From an uncultured bacterium (GTDB lineage: Bacteria > Bacteroidota > Bacteroidia > Chitinophagales > UBA10324): a stretch of DNA of 64,000 bases. The notes beneath the pieces are model-generated. The model was given only the letters and a program-made list of their open reading frames with translations. It was not told where the DNA came from and did no database searches. The stretch lies in the NCBI GenBank assembly GCA_963977675.1, contig CAXBPY010000008.1:1399-65398 (forward strand). The letters run 5' to 3'. The first letter of the stretch is position 1; every line of letters begins with the position of its first letter. This document shows positions 10,171-19,985 of this stretch, piece by piece. The translations under genes and the position numbers were made by a program.

Positions 10171-11175
10171 TTATAATTCGATCCTTGCTTTCGGTACAAC
10201 CGATTGATTGGCGAAATCATTTTTCAAAAATTTATAATATGCAGCAATAGCAATCATCGCAGCATTATCAGTGCAGTATTCAAATTTCGGGATGAAGGTT
10301 CGCCAATTGTTTTTCTTTCCAAACTCAGAAAGTTTTTCGCGAAGCAGGTGATTGGCCGATACACCACCTGCAATTGCAATGTCTTTAATATTCAGGTCTT
10401 GGGCGGCTTTTTCAATTTTATTTAGAAGTATAGTAACTATCCGGTACTGAATGGAAGCGCAGATGTCACTTAGGTTTTCATTTACGAAATTCTCATTCTT
10501 CTTTTTTTCATCGCGAAGGAAATAGAGAAAAGAAGTTTTCAATCCGGAAAAACTAAAATCGTAATTCGCAATCCTGGGTTCTGGAAATTGAAAGCGGTAT
10601 TTATTTCCTTCACGCGCAAGTTTGTCAATCATCGGGCCACCGGGGTAGGGCAACCCAAGGACTTTTGCCGCTTTATCGAATGCTTCACCTGCTGCATCAT
10701 CCTGAGTTTCGCCAATCACCTCCATCATCAGAAAATCTTTTACCAATACAATTTGTGTGTGGCCACCTGAAACTGTAAGGCACAGAAAAGGAAATGCAGG
10801 TTTTGAGGTTTCAATGAAATGTGCGAGTACATGCGCCTGCATGTGGTGAACAGCTATTAACGGAATATCTAACGCGAGTGCAAATCCTTTTGCAAATGAA
10901 CTGCCCACCATGAGCGAGCCAATTAAACCCGGGCCTTCAGTGAAAGCTATGGCTGATAAATCTTCTCTTGAAACACTTGCTTCTTTCAATGCAGCATCAA
11001 TTACCGGAACAATATTTTGCTGATGCGCGCGCGATGCCAGTTCGGGTATAACTCCGCCATATTGTTCATGCACTTTTTGATTCGCAATTTTATTCGAAAG
11101 CAAAACTCCATCTCTTATTACTGCCGCTGCAGTATCATCACATGAAGATTCGATTGCAAGAATTGTTACAGGCAT
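10171..11175 (-). CDS. tsaD: tRNA t6A37 threonylcarbamoyltransferase TsaD
   Basis: ILAIESSCDDT, GGVIPELASRAH, HHMQAH, VSGGHT, DDAAGEAFDK, CTDNAAMI; ATG 11175 follows a TAGATTTG box at 11184-11191. Confidence 0.97.
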   Translation of the reverse strand: MPVTILAIESSCDDTAAAVIRDGVLLSNKIANQKVHEQYGGVIPELASRAHQQNIVPVIDAALKEASVSREDLSAIAFTEGPGLIGSLMVGSSFAKGFALALDIPLIAVHHMQAHVLAHFIETSKPAFPFLCLTVSGGHTQIVLVKDFLMMEVIGETQDDAAGEAFDKAAKVLGLPYPGGPMIDKLAREGNKYRFQFPEPRIANYDFSFSGLKTSFLYFLRDEKKKNENFVNENLSDICASIQYRIVTILLNKIEKAAQDLNIKDIAIAGGVSANHLLREKLSEFGKKNNWRTFIPKFEYCTDNAAMIAIAAYYKFLKNDFANQSVVPKARIEL

Positions 11176-11321
11176 TTGGCGGCCAAATCTAAATTCAATC
11201 AAATTGCTTCTGTCTATCGGTGAATTGAAAATCAAAAAAGCGATTCACTTTTTTTTGAATCTCTTTTTTTTATACTGAAGAATTCCTCATTGTGAAATTA
11301 TAAAACCTCAAACTGAAATAG

Positions 11322-11395
11322 TCGGGGTGAGAAGACTCGAACTTCCGACCCCCAGCACCCCATGCTGGTACGCTAGCCAACTGCGCCACACCCCG
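11322..11395 (-). tRNA. tRNA-Pro (GGG)
   Basis: CGGGGTG acceptor stem, D arm TGGCGCAGTTGGCTAGCG, anticodon arm CCAGC-ATGGGGT-GCTGG, T loop GTTCGAGT; CCA not encoded; TATTTTTG box at 11411-11418. Confidence 0.96.
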
Positions 11396-11503
11396 AAATT
11401 TGTGAGCCGCCAAAAATAAAAATCCGTTGCACAATTCATTTGTTCATCTGCCGTTATTTTCGCCAATGATTTTAGTTTCTAATTTTTAATTTCTTATTTC
11501 AAA

Positions 11504-13534
11504 TTGCAGTTTCTATTTCCGTCATTTCTCTTCGCTCTTTCGACCATCGCAATTCCTATTATTATTCATTTATTCAATTTCAGGAGATATAAGACTATTT
11601 ATTTTCCAAGTATCCGTTTTCTTAAAGAAGTAAAACAACATACGCAAAGCACTTCGCAGCTTAAGCATCTGCTGGTTCTGCTTGCCAGGATTCTAACAAT
11701 TGCTTTTTTAGTTTTTGCTTTTGCTCAACCATTTATTAAGCCAGCTGAAGGAATTTCAAACACTGGAAAAAAAGCGGTAAGTATTTACATCGATAATTCT
11801 TTTAGTATGAGTACCCGCTCAGGTGATGTGCCGCTTTTAGAAATTGCAAAACGAAAAGCTCAGGAACTGGCAAGTGCTTATGCGCAGGATGATGAATTTC
11901 AGTTGCTCTCAAATGATTTTGAAGGAAAGCAACAGCGACTTGTGAACCTTGATCAGTTTAAGCAATTCACTGATGAGGTAAAGTCATCGCCAAATACCCG
12001 AATGCTGAGTCAGGTTGTAGCCAGAGAAAAGGAAGCGCTCAATTCGTCATCATCTTCTCAAAAAAATATTTATATCCTTTCTGATTTTCAAAAATCTACT
12101 TCTGACATACAAAACATTCCGGTTGACAGTAACATCAAAATATTTTTTATACCAATTAATTCTTTAGCGCAAAAAAATGTTTCCGTTGATTCATGTTGGT
12201 TAGAAACGCCGGTTCAAATGATTAATCAGCCGGCGAAACTTCATGTGAAAATTACCAACTATGGAGACGAAAGCATCGAGGACGAAAGAATTACACTTCG
12301 AATTAATGATGAAATAAAAACAATTGCAGATTTGAATCTTAAAGCCGGTAGCACGGTGGAGGATACACTGGTATTTAATATCACTCAAAGCGGTTGGAAT
12401 AAAGGTGAACTGCAAGTGACTGATTTTCCAGTTTCATTTGATGATTCATATTATTTTACTTTCAATGTAAAACCGGTTGCAAATGTTCTTTCAGTAAATG
12501 GCGCATCTTCTAATCCATTTCTTGATGCGCTGTTCAGCAACTCTTCCCTTTTCAGTTATTCGAATTCTTCGATCGGGCAATTAGATTATTCATCACTTGG
12601 AAAATTTGATTGCATTGTCTTAAATCAGCCACCTTCAATTTCTTCTGGTTTATCCGATGCCTTGAAACAGTATATGACGAAGGGTGGAAACATTTTGTTT
12701 ATTCCAGGTATTAATTCGAACATTGAAAGTATAAATGAATTTCTGGAATCAATTAATTCAGACCTGTTGCAACAATGGTTGAAAGAAAAGCGCTCTGTTG
12801 TCAGCATCAATACAAATATGGAATTGTTTGCAGATGTATTCGGAAAGATAAATTCAAACATGGCGCTACCTGTTACTGATGGGCTTTTTCTTTTGAAACA
12901 AAGAACTCAAAGTCCGGCTGAACAACTTATGAAGTTTAATGATGGAAACAGTTTGATGAACCGCTATCAATTGGGATATGGAAATTTTTATCTCTCCTCA
13001 GTACCTTTTGATAAGTCAATAACAGATTTTCCATTAAGTCCGGTGTTTGCCCCTCTTATTTTTAAAGTGGTTGTTCTTAAAAATTCAATTCCGGCAATTT
13101 ACTATACGATTGGCGAGCCGGGATTTTTCCTTGCAGAAAACAACGGAAGCAGCGAGAAAAATCTTTACCATCTAAAGAGCGGCAATCATGAAATTATTCC
13201 TGCTCAGCGCCCGCTTGGAATGGATGTACAAATCAATTTTGGAAATGAAATTTCGGAAGCTGGTTTCTACGATTTGTTTTTACCCGACACTTCAGCACAT
13301 TACTGGCTGGGTTTTAATTTCAATCGCAAGGAATCTAATCTTGAATTAATGAATAGCGAGGAGTTAAAAGCACAGGCGAAAAGATTGAATGCTCAGATTA
13401 TCAGCAATTCGGATGCAGACTTGTCTGCTGTGGTCTCGGAATTGAATCATGGAATCCCATTGTGGAAATATTGTATTGTTTTTTCATTGCTATTTATGTT
13501 AATCGAAATATTGATTCTCCGGTTTTGGAGATAA
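11504..13534 (+). CDS. BatA-domain / vWA-like membrane protein
   Basis: N-terminal 'PIIIHLFNFRRYKTIYFPSIRFL...AFAQP', vWA-like 'IYIDNSFSM', C-terminal TM helix. Confidence 0.85.
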   Translation: MQFLFPSFLFALSTIAIPIIIHLFNFRRYKTIYFPSIRFLKEVKQHTQSTSQLKHLLVLLARILTIAFLVFAFAQPFIKPAEGISNTGKKAVSIYIDNSFSMSTRSGDVPLLEIAKRKAQELASAYAQDDEFQLLSNDFEGKQQRLVNLDQFKQFTDEVKSSPNTRMLSQVVAREKEALNSSSSSQKNIYILSDFQKSTSDIQNIPVDSNIKIFFIPINSLAQKNVSVDSCWLETPVQMINQPAKLHVKITNYGDESIEDERITLRINDEIKTIADLNLKAGSTVEDTLVFNITQSGWNKGELQVTDFPVSFDDSYYFTFNVKPVANVLSVNGASSNPFLDALFSNSSLFSYSNSSIGQLDYSSLGKFDCIVLNQPPSISSGLSDALKQYMTKGGNILFIPGINSNIESINEFLESINSDLLQQWLKEKRSVVSINTNMELFADVFGKINSNMALPVTDGLFLLKQRTQSPAEQLMKFNDGNSLMNRYQLGYGNFYLSSVPFDKSITDFPLSPVFAPLIFKVVVLKNSIPAIYYTIGEPGFFLAENNGSSEKNLYHLKSGNHEIIPAQRPLGMDVQINFGNEISEAGFYDLFLPDTSAHYWLGFNFNRKESNLELMNSEELKAQAKRLNAQIISNSDADLSAVVSELNHGIPLWKYCIVFSLLFMLIEILILRFWR

Positions 13535-13576
13535 TTTTTCTTCTTCCGCAACTAAAAATTATTTCTTTTGCACTTC

Positions 13577-14851
13577 ATGAATCTGCTGCTGCGTTCCGCA
13601 ACAATCATCGACTCCACTTCACCATATCATTTAAAGCAGATAGATATTCTAATCAAGAACGGCATTATTGATTTGATTGACAAAAAAATTTCAAGCGATT
13701 CAAAAGTCAGAGAGATGGACTGCAAAGGCCTTTTGGTTTCTCCCGGCTGGTTTGATATGTATGCGTGCTTTTGTGATCCCGGATATGAATATAAGGAAGA
13801 CATTAACAGCGGATCACTTGCAGCTGCCGCAGGTGGTTTTACCGGTGTTGCTGTTTTACCCGATACGATTCCTGCGCTTCATTCAAAATCCGAAATTGAA
13901 TATGTTCTGAATAAGGCAAAAGGAAATTTAATTGATGTTTACCCAATTGGTGCAATTACCCGCAAGTGTGAAGGACAAGAACTGGCTGAGATCTATGATA
14001 TGCATCATGCAGGCGCAATAGCATTTAGTGATGCCGGTAATCCCGTGAGCGATTCCGGAGTTATGATGCGTGCACTTCAGTATGCGAAGCTTTTTAATGG
14101 AGTAATTTTTTCTCATCCCGATGATGTTAATGTATCGCATGGCGGAACAATGAATGAAGGCGTAACCAGCACCAATCTTGGATTAAAAGGAATTCCATCA
14201 TTGGCAGAAGAACTGATGGTTGTTCGTGATATTTATCTTGCTGAGTATACACAAAGCCGCGTACACTTCAGTATGATTTCTACTGCTCGTTCCGTGGAAC
14301 TGATTCGCGCTGCAAAAAAGAAAGGCGTGAATGTTACCTGCGGAGTTTCATCGATTCACCTTATGTTTTCTGACAATGAGTTAAATGAATTTGACTCTAA
14401 CTTTAAGCTGAATCCACCCCTTCGGACAAAAGACGATATAGCAGCGCTGAAAGCCGGATTGAAAGACGGAACTATAGATGTAATTATTTCGGCTCACACT
14501 CCGCAGAATGCAGAGTTGAAAGAAGTGGAATTTGATTACGCTGATTTCGGCGCCATTAACTTGCAGACTTCATTTGCCTTAGCTAACAGTTCAGTGGGAA
14601 AAAATATCGGAGCTGAAGGTTTGGTTGAAAAATTTTCAGTAAATCCCAGGAAAATACTTGGAATAAAAATTCCATCTGTCAATATCGGGCACGAAGCTAA
14701 TCTTACTGTTTTCAGCATGGAAGATGAATTCATCTTTGCGCAGGAAAAAAATTATTCTAAATCAAATAACACTTCACTCTTCGGCAAAAAATTTTCAGGA
14801 AGTGTAAAAGCTGTAATTAATAACAATCAATTTTCAGAAGTAAAAAAATAA
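13577..14851 (+). CDS. pyrC: Dihydroorotase-family protein, likely catalytically inactive (PyrC'-like)
   Basis: AAAAGGFT, KLNPPLR and amidohydrolase layout; HxH replaced by MYACF and the catalytic-site TDHAP replaced by SAHTP. Confidence 0.8.
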   Translation: MNLLLRSATIIDSTSPYHLKQIDILIKNGIIDLIDKKISSDSKVREMDCKGLLVSPGWFDMYACFCDPGYEYKEDINSGSLAAAAGGFTGVAVLPDTIPALHSKSEIEYVLNKAKGNLIDVYPIGAITRKCEGQELAEIYDMHHAGAIAFSDAGNPVSDSGVMMRALQYAKLFNGVIFSHPDDVNVSHGGTMNEGVTSTNLGLKGIPSLAEELMVVRDIYLAEYTQSRVHFSMISTARSVELIRAAKKKGVNVTCGVSSIHLMFSDNELNEFDSNFKLNPPLRTKDDIAALKAGLKDGTIDVIISAHTPQNAELKEVEFDYADFGAINLQTSFALANSSVGKNIGAEGLVEKFSVNPRKILGIKIPSVNIGHEANLTVFSMEDEFIFAQEKNYSKSNNTSLFGKKFSGSVKAVINNNQFSEVKK

Positions 14852-14854
14852 ATT

Positions 14855-15436
14855 ATGGAAACACAATCTGCGAACCTGAATAAGGAAGCCATAAAGTATG
14901 GAGTTTTTTTCGGCTTGTTTAATGTCGTTCTGTTTTTAATTGTCTACCTTATAGATTTTACACTCTTTGTAAGCTTCAAACTCATTTTGCTTTCTATTGT
15001 AATTGCAATCGGGGCTTTGATATTCTTTTCCCGTACATTCAGAAAATTGAATGGAGGATTCATCACCTTCAATAAACTTTTCCAATTATTATTTATTTCA
15101 TACATCGTATCTATATTGCTTGGAACTGTGTTTACCGTCATTTTAAACACTGTGATTGATCCTGAACTACCGGAACACCTGAAAAAAACAGTCATGGATA
15201 ATACTTATCAGTGGATGCATGATTGGAATGTTCCGGATGCAAAAATTGATGAAACAATGGCAGAAATGGAAAAGCAGGATTTCAGCCCTTCATTTAAAAA
15301 CACAACACTCAAAACCTTTAACAAAATTCTTGTTGCCGCAGTCATGTGCCCGATTTTCGCAGCGATTTATAAAAAGAAAAATAAGGAAGCAGATTATGAG
15401 GCACTACTTGCTAACGAATCTAATCAGAGTTCATAA
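14855..15436 (+). CDS. DUF4199-like membrane protein
   Basis: Four TM segments with 'GGFITF' and 'VIDPEL'; usual Bacteroidota position upstream of a GT2 gene. Confidence 0.7.
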   Translation: METQSANLNKEAIKYGVFFGLFNVVLFLIVYLIDFTLFVSFKLILLSIVIAIGALIFFSRTFRKLNGGFITFNKLFQLLFISYIVSILLGTVFTVILNTVIDPELPEHLKKTVMDNTYQWMHDWNVPDAKIDETMAEMEKQDFSPSFKNTTLKTFNKILVAAVMCPIFAAIYKKKNKEADYEALLANESNQSS

Positions 15437-15440
15437 TTAA

Positions 15441-16376
15441 ATGCAGCTAAGCATCGTTATTCCTTATCTGAATGAAGTGGAGTCGATTCCTGAATTGACT
15501 CAATGGATAGAGCGTGTAATGCACGCCAATAATTTTTCATTCGAAATAATTTTGATAGATGATGGAAGTACGGATGGCTCGTGGGCTTTGGTCGAAAAAC
15601 TTGCCTCTGAAAAGAAAAATATCCGTGCTATTAAATTTCGCCGTAACTATGGAAAAAGCGCAGCGCTGAATGAGGGTTTCAAAATTGCCGAGGGTAATGT
15701 GATTATAACGATGGATGCTGACCTTCAAGACAGCCCTGATGAAATTCCTGATCTCTATAAAATGATTGTTGAAGATGGGAATGATTTAGTAAGCGGGTGG
15801 AAGAAGAAAAGACATGATCCGGTTTCAAAAACAATTCCTTCGCGCTTGTTCAACCGCGTAACGCGTATGATGAGCGGAATAAAAATTCATGATTTCAATT
15901 GCGGACTAAAAGCCTATCGCCGTGATGTGATCAAGCATATTGAAATTTCAGGAGAAATGCACCGTTATATTCCTGTGATTGCTAAGTGGGCAGGCTTTAC
16001 GAAAATAAAGGAGAAGGTAGTGCTGCATCGGGAACGCAAATACGGAAAATCTAAATTCGGTTGGGAGCGGTTTATAAATGGATTCCTCGATCTGTTGACG
16101 ATAAATTTTGTAACACGATTTGGTAAAAAGCCAATGCATCTGTTTGGATCACTGGGATTGATTTCATTTATAATCGGTTTTTGTATTTCAGTCTATCTAG
16201 GTTTTGCAAAATTTTATTGGCAAGAATATAAAATGACTGACCGCCCGGTTTTCTACATTGCTCTTGTTGCCATGATTATTGGTGTTCAGTTATTTGTTGC
16301 CGGCTTTCTTGCTGAATTAATTCACAGGGCATCACCACACCGAAATGAATATCAGGTGGAGAAAAGAATGAACTGA
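15441..16376 (+). CDS. Glycosyltransferase family 2 (ArnC/DPM1-like)
   Basis: DDGSTDGS, RNYGKSAAL, MDADLQD, HDFNCG, GEMHRYIP; two C-terminal TM helices. Confidence 0.92.
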   Translation: MQLSIVIPYLNEVESIPELTQWIERVMHANNFSFEIILIDDGSTDGSWALVEKLASEKKNIRAIKFRRNYGKSAALNEGFKIAEGNVIITMDADLQDSPDEIPDLYKMIVEDGNDLVSGWKKKRHDPVSKTIPSRLFNRVTRMMSGIKIHDFNCGLKAYRRDVIKHIEISGEMHRYIPVIAKWAGFTKIKEKVVLHRERKYGKSKFGWERFINGFLDLLTINFVTRFGKKPMHLFGSLGLISFIIGFCISVYLGFAKFYWQEYKMTDRPVFYIALVAMIIGVQLFVAGFLAELIHRASPHRNEYQVEKRMN

Positions 16377-16381
16377 ATGAA

Positions 16382-16723
16382 TCAGAACAACGCGCTCGTT
16401 GTTCCATCGAACAAATCAATCCATATTCGGAAATTAAGAATGTAAACCGGAATAAAAATTATCACCATAATCACATTCAGGAAATCATAAACGAAAAGAA
16501 TTCTGATTTCAATCCGGTTGTATTGCATTAAACTTTTGAAAAAAAATATTGGAACAACCATCATTGGAAGATTGAGCCAGAAACCGAGTTGATATTTTAT
16601 TAAACCATCAACCCAAATCGCAATAGTCCAGCAAGCCAAAACAAAATTGAGAAGAAAGAATAAAATAATTTTCGACTCAGACATAGTGGCGAGTTTATCT
16701 TCTTCAGAAAATGAAATTTTCAT
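16382..16723 (-). CDS. Hypothetical membrane protein
   Basis: 113-aa ORF with three hydrophobic segments, convergent on the GT2 gene. Confidence 0.5.
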   Translation of the reverse strand: MKISFSEEDKLATMSESKIILFFLLNFVLACWTIAIWVDGLIKYQLGFWLNLPMMVVPIFFFKSLMQYNRIEIRILFVYDFLNVIMVIIFIPVYILNFRIWIDLFDGTTSALF

Positions 16724-16758
16724 AATTGTATGCTGACCTTCTCAATATGTAGCACAAA

Positions 16759-16796
16759 ATAAAAAAGCAAGCGAGGCTCTCCTTCCCCGCTTGCTC
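16759..16796 (-). terminator. Intrinsic terminator with no upstream minus-strand CDS
   Basis: Minus strand GCAAGCGGGG-aaggagag-CCTCGCTTGC followed by TTTTTTATTTT. Confidence 0.7.
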
Positions 16797-16942
16797 ATTC
16801 AAACTAAAACCTCCCGTTTTTGAATCGGGATTCCACTATGAAAAAAATTTCGATACAGAAACGCAGGTTTTATTTTTTTATTGTATATCTATAATTTTTT
16901 TTCGAAGAAAGAATTTTATCCTTGTGAAAAGAATATTTAAGA

Positions 16943-17362
16943 ATGAAAAAAAATAATTGGGATATCGCTTTGTTGATTCTTAGGATCGGAATTGGATTCT
17001 CCGTTGCCTATGCTCATGGATGGGGAAAAATTACAGGTGGAGAAGAAAAGTGGTTAAAACTTGGAACCAACATGAGCCTTATCGGAATCACCTTCGCTCC
17101 GGTATTTTGGGGATTCATGGCTGCGTTTTCTGAGTTCGCAGGTAGCATTATGATTGGTCTTGGCTTTTTCACAAGGTTGTCTTCATTCTTTCTTGCCTTC
17201 ACCATGTTCATTGCATTTTACATGCATATTCATGATGGGGATGGGTTTGGTGAGGCATCCCATTCATTCGATTTATTGATTGTATCTCTGTTCTTCCTTG
17301 TAGCAGGTGCCGGGAAGTATTCGCTTGATTCCAGATTTCGGTTTTCAAGGTGGCTACAGTAA
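16943..17362 (+). CDS. DoxX family membrane protein
   Basis: 'LLILRIG...HGWGKI...EFAGS...GFFTR...GAGKYSLD'. Confidence 0.9.
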   Translation: MKKNNWDIALLILRIGIGFSVAYAHGWGKITGGEEKWLKLGTNMSLIGITFAPVFWGFMAAFSEFAGSIMIGLGFFTRLSSFFLAFTMFIAFYMHIHDGDGFGEASHSFDLLIVSLFFLVAGAGKYSLDSRFRFSRWLQ

Positions 17363-17472
17363 AAGAAATTCTGATATTTAAACTTAAGATAAGCTGCTGA
17401 GTTTGCGGCTTAAAAAATAAAGATAGATTTGTGCCCCTTCGTATTTAAGGAGAAAACCACAAACCAAAAAAG

Positions 17473-18579
17473 ATGAGTGTAGTAAAAAGCAAACCAGAAA
17501 TTGATGTACCGCAGGAAGGAATCTTCAGTCAGATTGAGGGATATGAGCACGAGCAGGTTGCTTTCTTTAATGATAAAGCCAGCGGTCTTAGATCGATTGT
17601 AGCCATTCACAATACTATTCTGGGACCATCACTTGGTGGCACACGGTTTTGGAATTATAACAATGAAGCAGAAGCTGTTCGAGATGTTCTTCGACTTAGT
17701 CGAGGAATGACATTTAAAGCAGCGGCTGCCGGTCTCAATTTGGGAGGAGGCAAGGCAATTATTATCGGTAACTCAAGAACTGATAAATCAGAAGCGCTTT
17801 TCCGCCGGTATGGAAAATTTGTAAATAGTTTGGGAGGAAAATATATCACTGCCGAAGATGTTGGAACCAACACACAGGACATGGAATGGATTGCACTTGA
17901 AACTAAACATGTGACAGGAATTCCCGAGAGCATGGGCGGTAGCGGAGACCCAAGTCCATTCACTGCATATGGAACTTTTCTGGGAATAAAAGCGAGTGCA
18001 AAGCAAATGTTCGGCAATGATGATTTGAGTGGAAGAAAGGTAGCAGTTCAAGGTATTGGCCATGTAGGTGAAGTTTTGGTAAAACACCTGATTGAAGCCG
18101 GCGCCAAAGTCACCGTTACCGATATTCATAAAGATCGCATCCAGCACATGGTAAAAACTTATGGCGTAAGCGCTGTTGAAAGTGATGAGATATATGATGT
18201 AGATATGGATATTTATTCTCCTTGTGCTCTTGGCGCTACACTGAATACGGAAAACATTAACCGACTGAAATGCCATATTGTTGCAGGTGCAGCAAACAAT
18301 CAGTTAGCTGACGAAAAATTGCATGGAAACATGCTTATTGAAAAGGGAATCCTTTATGCTCCTGATTTTGTTATTAATGCCGGAGGACTAATTAATGTTA
18401 GTTGTGAGTTAGAGGGTTACAACCGTGAGCGGGTAATGGATCAAACAGAAAAAATTTATAATCGCCTTCTGGAGATTTATACTATTGCTAAAGAAGACAA
18501 TATCACAACACAGGAAGCAGCCATGCAACTTGCTATAAAACGATTGAATGATATTGCCTCATTAAATTCAAGAAGGTAA
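17473..18579 (+). CDS. Leucine dehydrogenase (Glu/Leu/Phe/Val dehydrogenase family)
   Basis: LGGTR, LSRGMTFK, LGGGK, TAEDVGT, QGIGHVG, GAANNQL, NAGG. Confidence 0.92.
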   Translation: MSVVKSKPEIDVPQEGIFSQIEGYEHEQVAFFNDKASGLRSIVAIHNTILGPSLGGTRFWNYNNEAEAVRDVLRLSRGMTFKAAAAGLNLGGGKAIIIGNSRTDKSEALFRRYGKFVNSLGGKYITAEDVGTNTQDMEWIALETKHVTGIPESMGGSGDPSPFTAYGTFLGIKASAKQMFGNDDLSGRKVAVQGIGHVGEVLVKHLIEAGAKVTVTDIHKDRIQHMVKTYGVSAVESDEIYDVDMDIYSPCALGATLNTENINRLKCHIVAGAANNQLADEKLHGNMLIEKGILYAPDFVINAGGLINVSCELEGYNRERVMDQTEKIYNRLLEIYTIAKEDNITTQEAAMQLAIKRLNDIASLNSRR

Positions 18580-18681
18580 TTTCAAGCGGAAATTAAATTA
18601 TTTAATTTAAGGTTTTTGAAATTTCTAAAATAGATACATGTACTCAAAGCCTTAAATCTTGATTTTTAAATCTAAAATCTT

Positions 18682-19644
18682 TTGCTTTTATCAAGAAGAA
18701 ATATTCGTATTAAAGTTATGCAAGTGCTTTACTCGCATTTGCAAGACAAAGAAATACCGTACACCAACCTTGAAAAAAACCTTCTGACAAATATTGATGA
18801 AGCTCTCCGTCTTTATCTTTATCAGATTTATCTCCTCTGCAAAACTGCTGAGTTTGCGGTAGAAGACGCCTCCATCAGGTCATCCAAATTTTTACCCAAC
18901 GAGAAAGACAAACAGATTTCTGTTCGCATTTTTCATAACCAGGTGATACAGAGAATTTTTTTGGATGAAGATTTTAAAAAGCAGGTTCATCGCTTTCATT
19001 TTGAACTCTTGATTGATAAAGATTTTATCAGGAAATTTTTTCACGAGTTAAATTCTTCAAAGGAATATGAGCAATATGTAAATGAAAAGAACCCAAGTAT
19101 TCGAGATGATAAAAAGATTCTTTTTTTTCTCTTTCATTCAATTCTTATGAGGAATGAATTGTGCCTTCAACATCTTGAAGACAATTTCAATAATTGGGCT
19201 GACGACACTGTAATTCTTTCAAATCAATTATCTGCCTTTTTAGAAAACATTACCAAACAGTTGGAAAAAGAAGTTGATGAAAAAAAGAGGATTAAGATTC
19301 CGAACAATATGAAAGAAGAAAATGAGTTTGCGTCCGAACTTCTTAACAAAACTTACTACAACGAGCAATATCTTGAAGATTTAATTCAACCCAAACTCAA
19401 AAACTGGGATATGGACCGCGTGGCCCAAACAGATCTAATTGTCATAAAAATGGCAATCGCCGAAATGCTTTACTTCCCATCTATACCGGTGAAGGCAACC
19501 ATGAATGAATATATTGATATTGTAAAAAGCTATTCAACTCCTAAGAGCAATGAGTTTGTGAACGGAATTATTGATCGAATTTTAAAGGACTTACAATCTA
19601 AAAACCTTATTAAGAAAGAAGGCCGAGGATTGATCGAGCTTTGA
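18682..19644 (+). CDS. nusB: Transcription antitermination factor NusB (long Bacteroidota form)
   Basis: RRNIRIKVMQVLY; C-terminal 'WDMDRVA...NEYIDIVKSYSTPKSNEFVNGIID'. Confidence 0.92.
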   Translation: MLLSRRNIRIKVMQVLYSHLQDKEIPYTNLEKNLLTNIDEALRLYLYQIYLLCKTAEFAVEDASIRSSKFLPNEKDKQISVRIFHNQVIQRIFLDEDFKKQVHRFHFELLIDKDFIRKFFHELNSSKEYEQYVNEKNPSIRDDKKILFFLFHSILMRNELCLQHLEDNFNNWADDTVILSNQLSAFLENITKQLEKEVDEKKRIKIPNNMKEENEFASELLNKTYYNEQYLEDLIQPKLKNWDMDRVAQTDLIVIKMAIAEMLYFPSIPVKATMNEYIDIVKSYSTPKSNEFVNGIIDRILKDLQSKNLIKKEGRGLIEL

Positions 19645-19679
19645 TTAATAGTCAGTCACTATTTTATTATTGTTATCTA

Positions 19680-19918
19680 TTCATCGAACGATATATACCC
19701 ATTTAACGAATTATATTATATAATTTGTTTAATTAAATTGATGTAGTAACATCGATTTATTTAGTCCATTCGTCGAAATATTTCAACATATCGTCTTCAA
19801 ATGATTGACTGGAGCGGGTTTGATGGTGTGCAAAAGATTTGATGAATGTCGAAACAAATTTGATTCTTTTTGTCAAATGAAATCAATCATTCATCGAACA
19901 AAAAAAATAATTCATCGA
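19680..19918 (+). promoter_or_regulatory. Array of TTCATCGA-like direct repeats with 21-22 bp period (LytTR-type geometry)
   Basis: TTCATCGA 19680 / TTTAACGA 19702; AACATCGA 19748 / TTCGTCGA 19769 / ATCGTCTT 19790; TTTGTCAA 19869 / TTCATCGA 19890 / TTCATCGA 19911. Confidence 0.65.
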
Positions 19919-19985
19919 CTTACAAATAATTCCTGAAATATGTTTATCAAAAATACGAAGCGCAATAACTAATAAACTACTACCT

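Noticed and set aside
11322-11395. tRNA-Pro as an island integration site
   Set aside because: No integrase and no duplicated tRNA 3' end seen in the window
16838-16894. 18-aa plus-strand ORF MKKISIQKRRFYFFIVYL as a leader peptide for doxX
   Set aside because: No attenuator structure on that strand and no independent support; the minus-strand RNA reading fits better
19680-19918. Repeats as a CRISPR array
   Set aside because: Units are only about 8 bp, degenerate, with 13-bp gaps, and there are no cas genes
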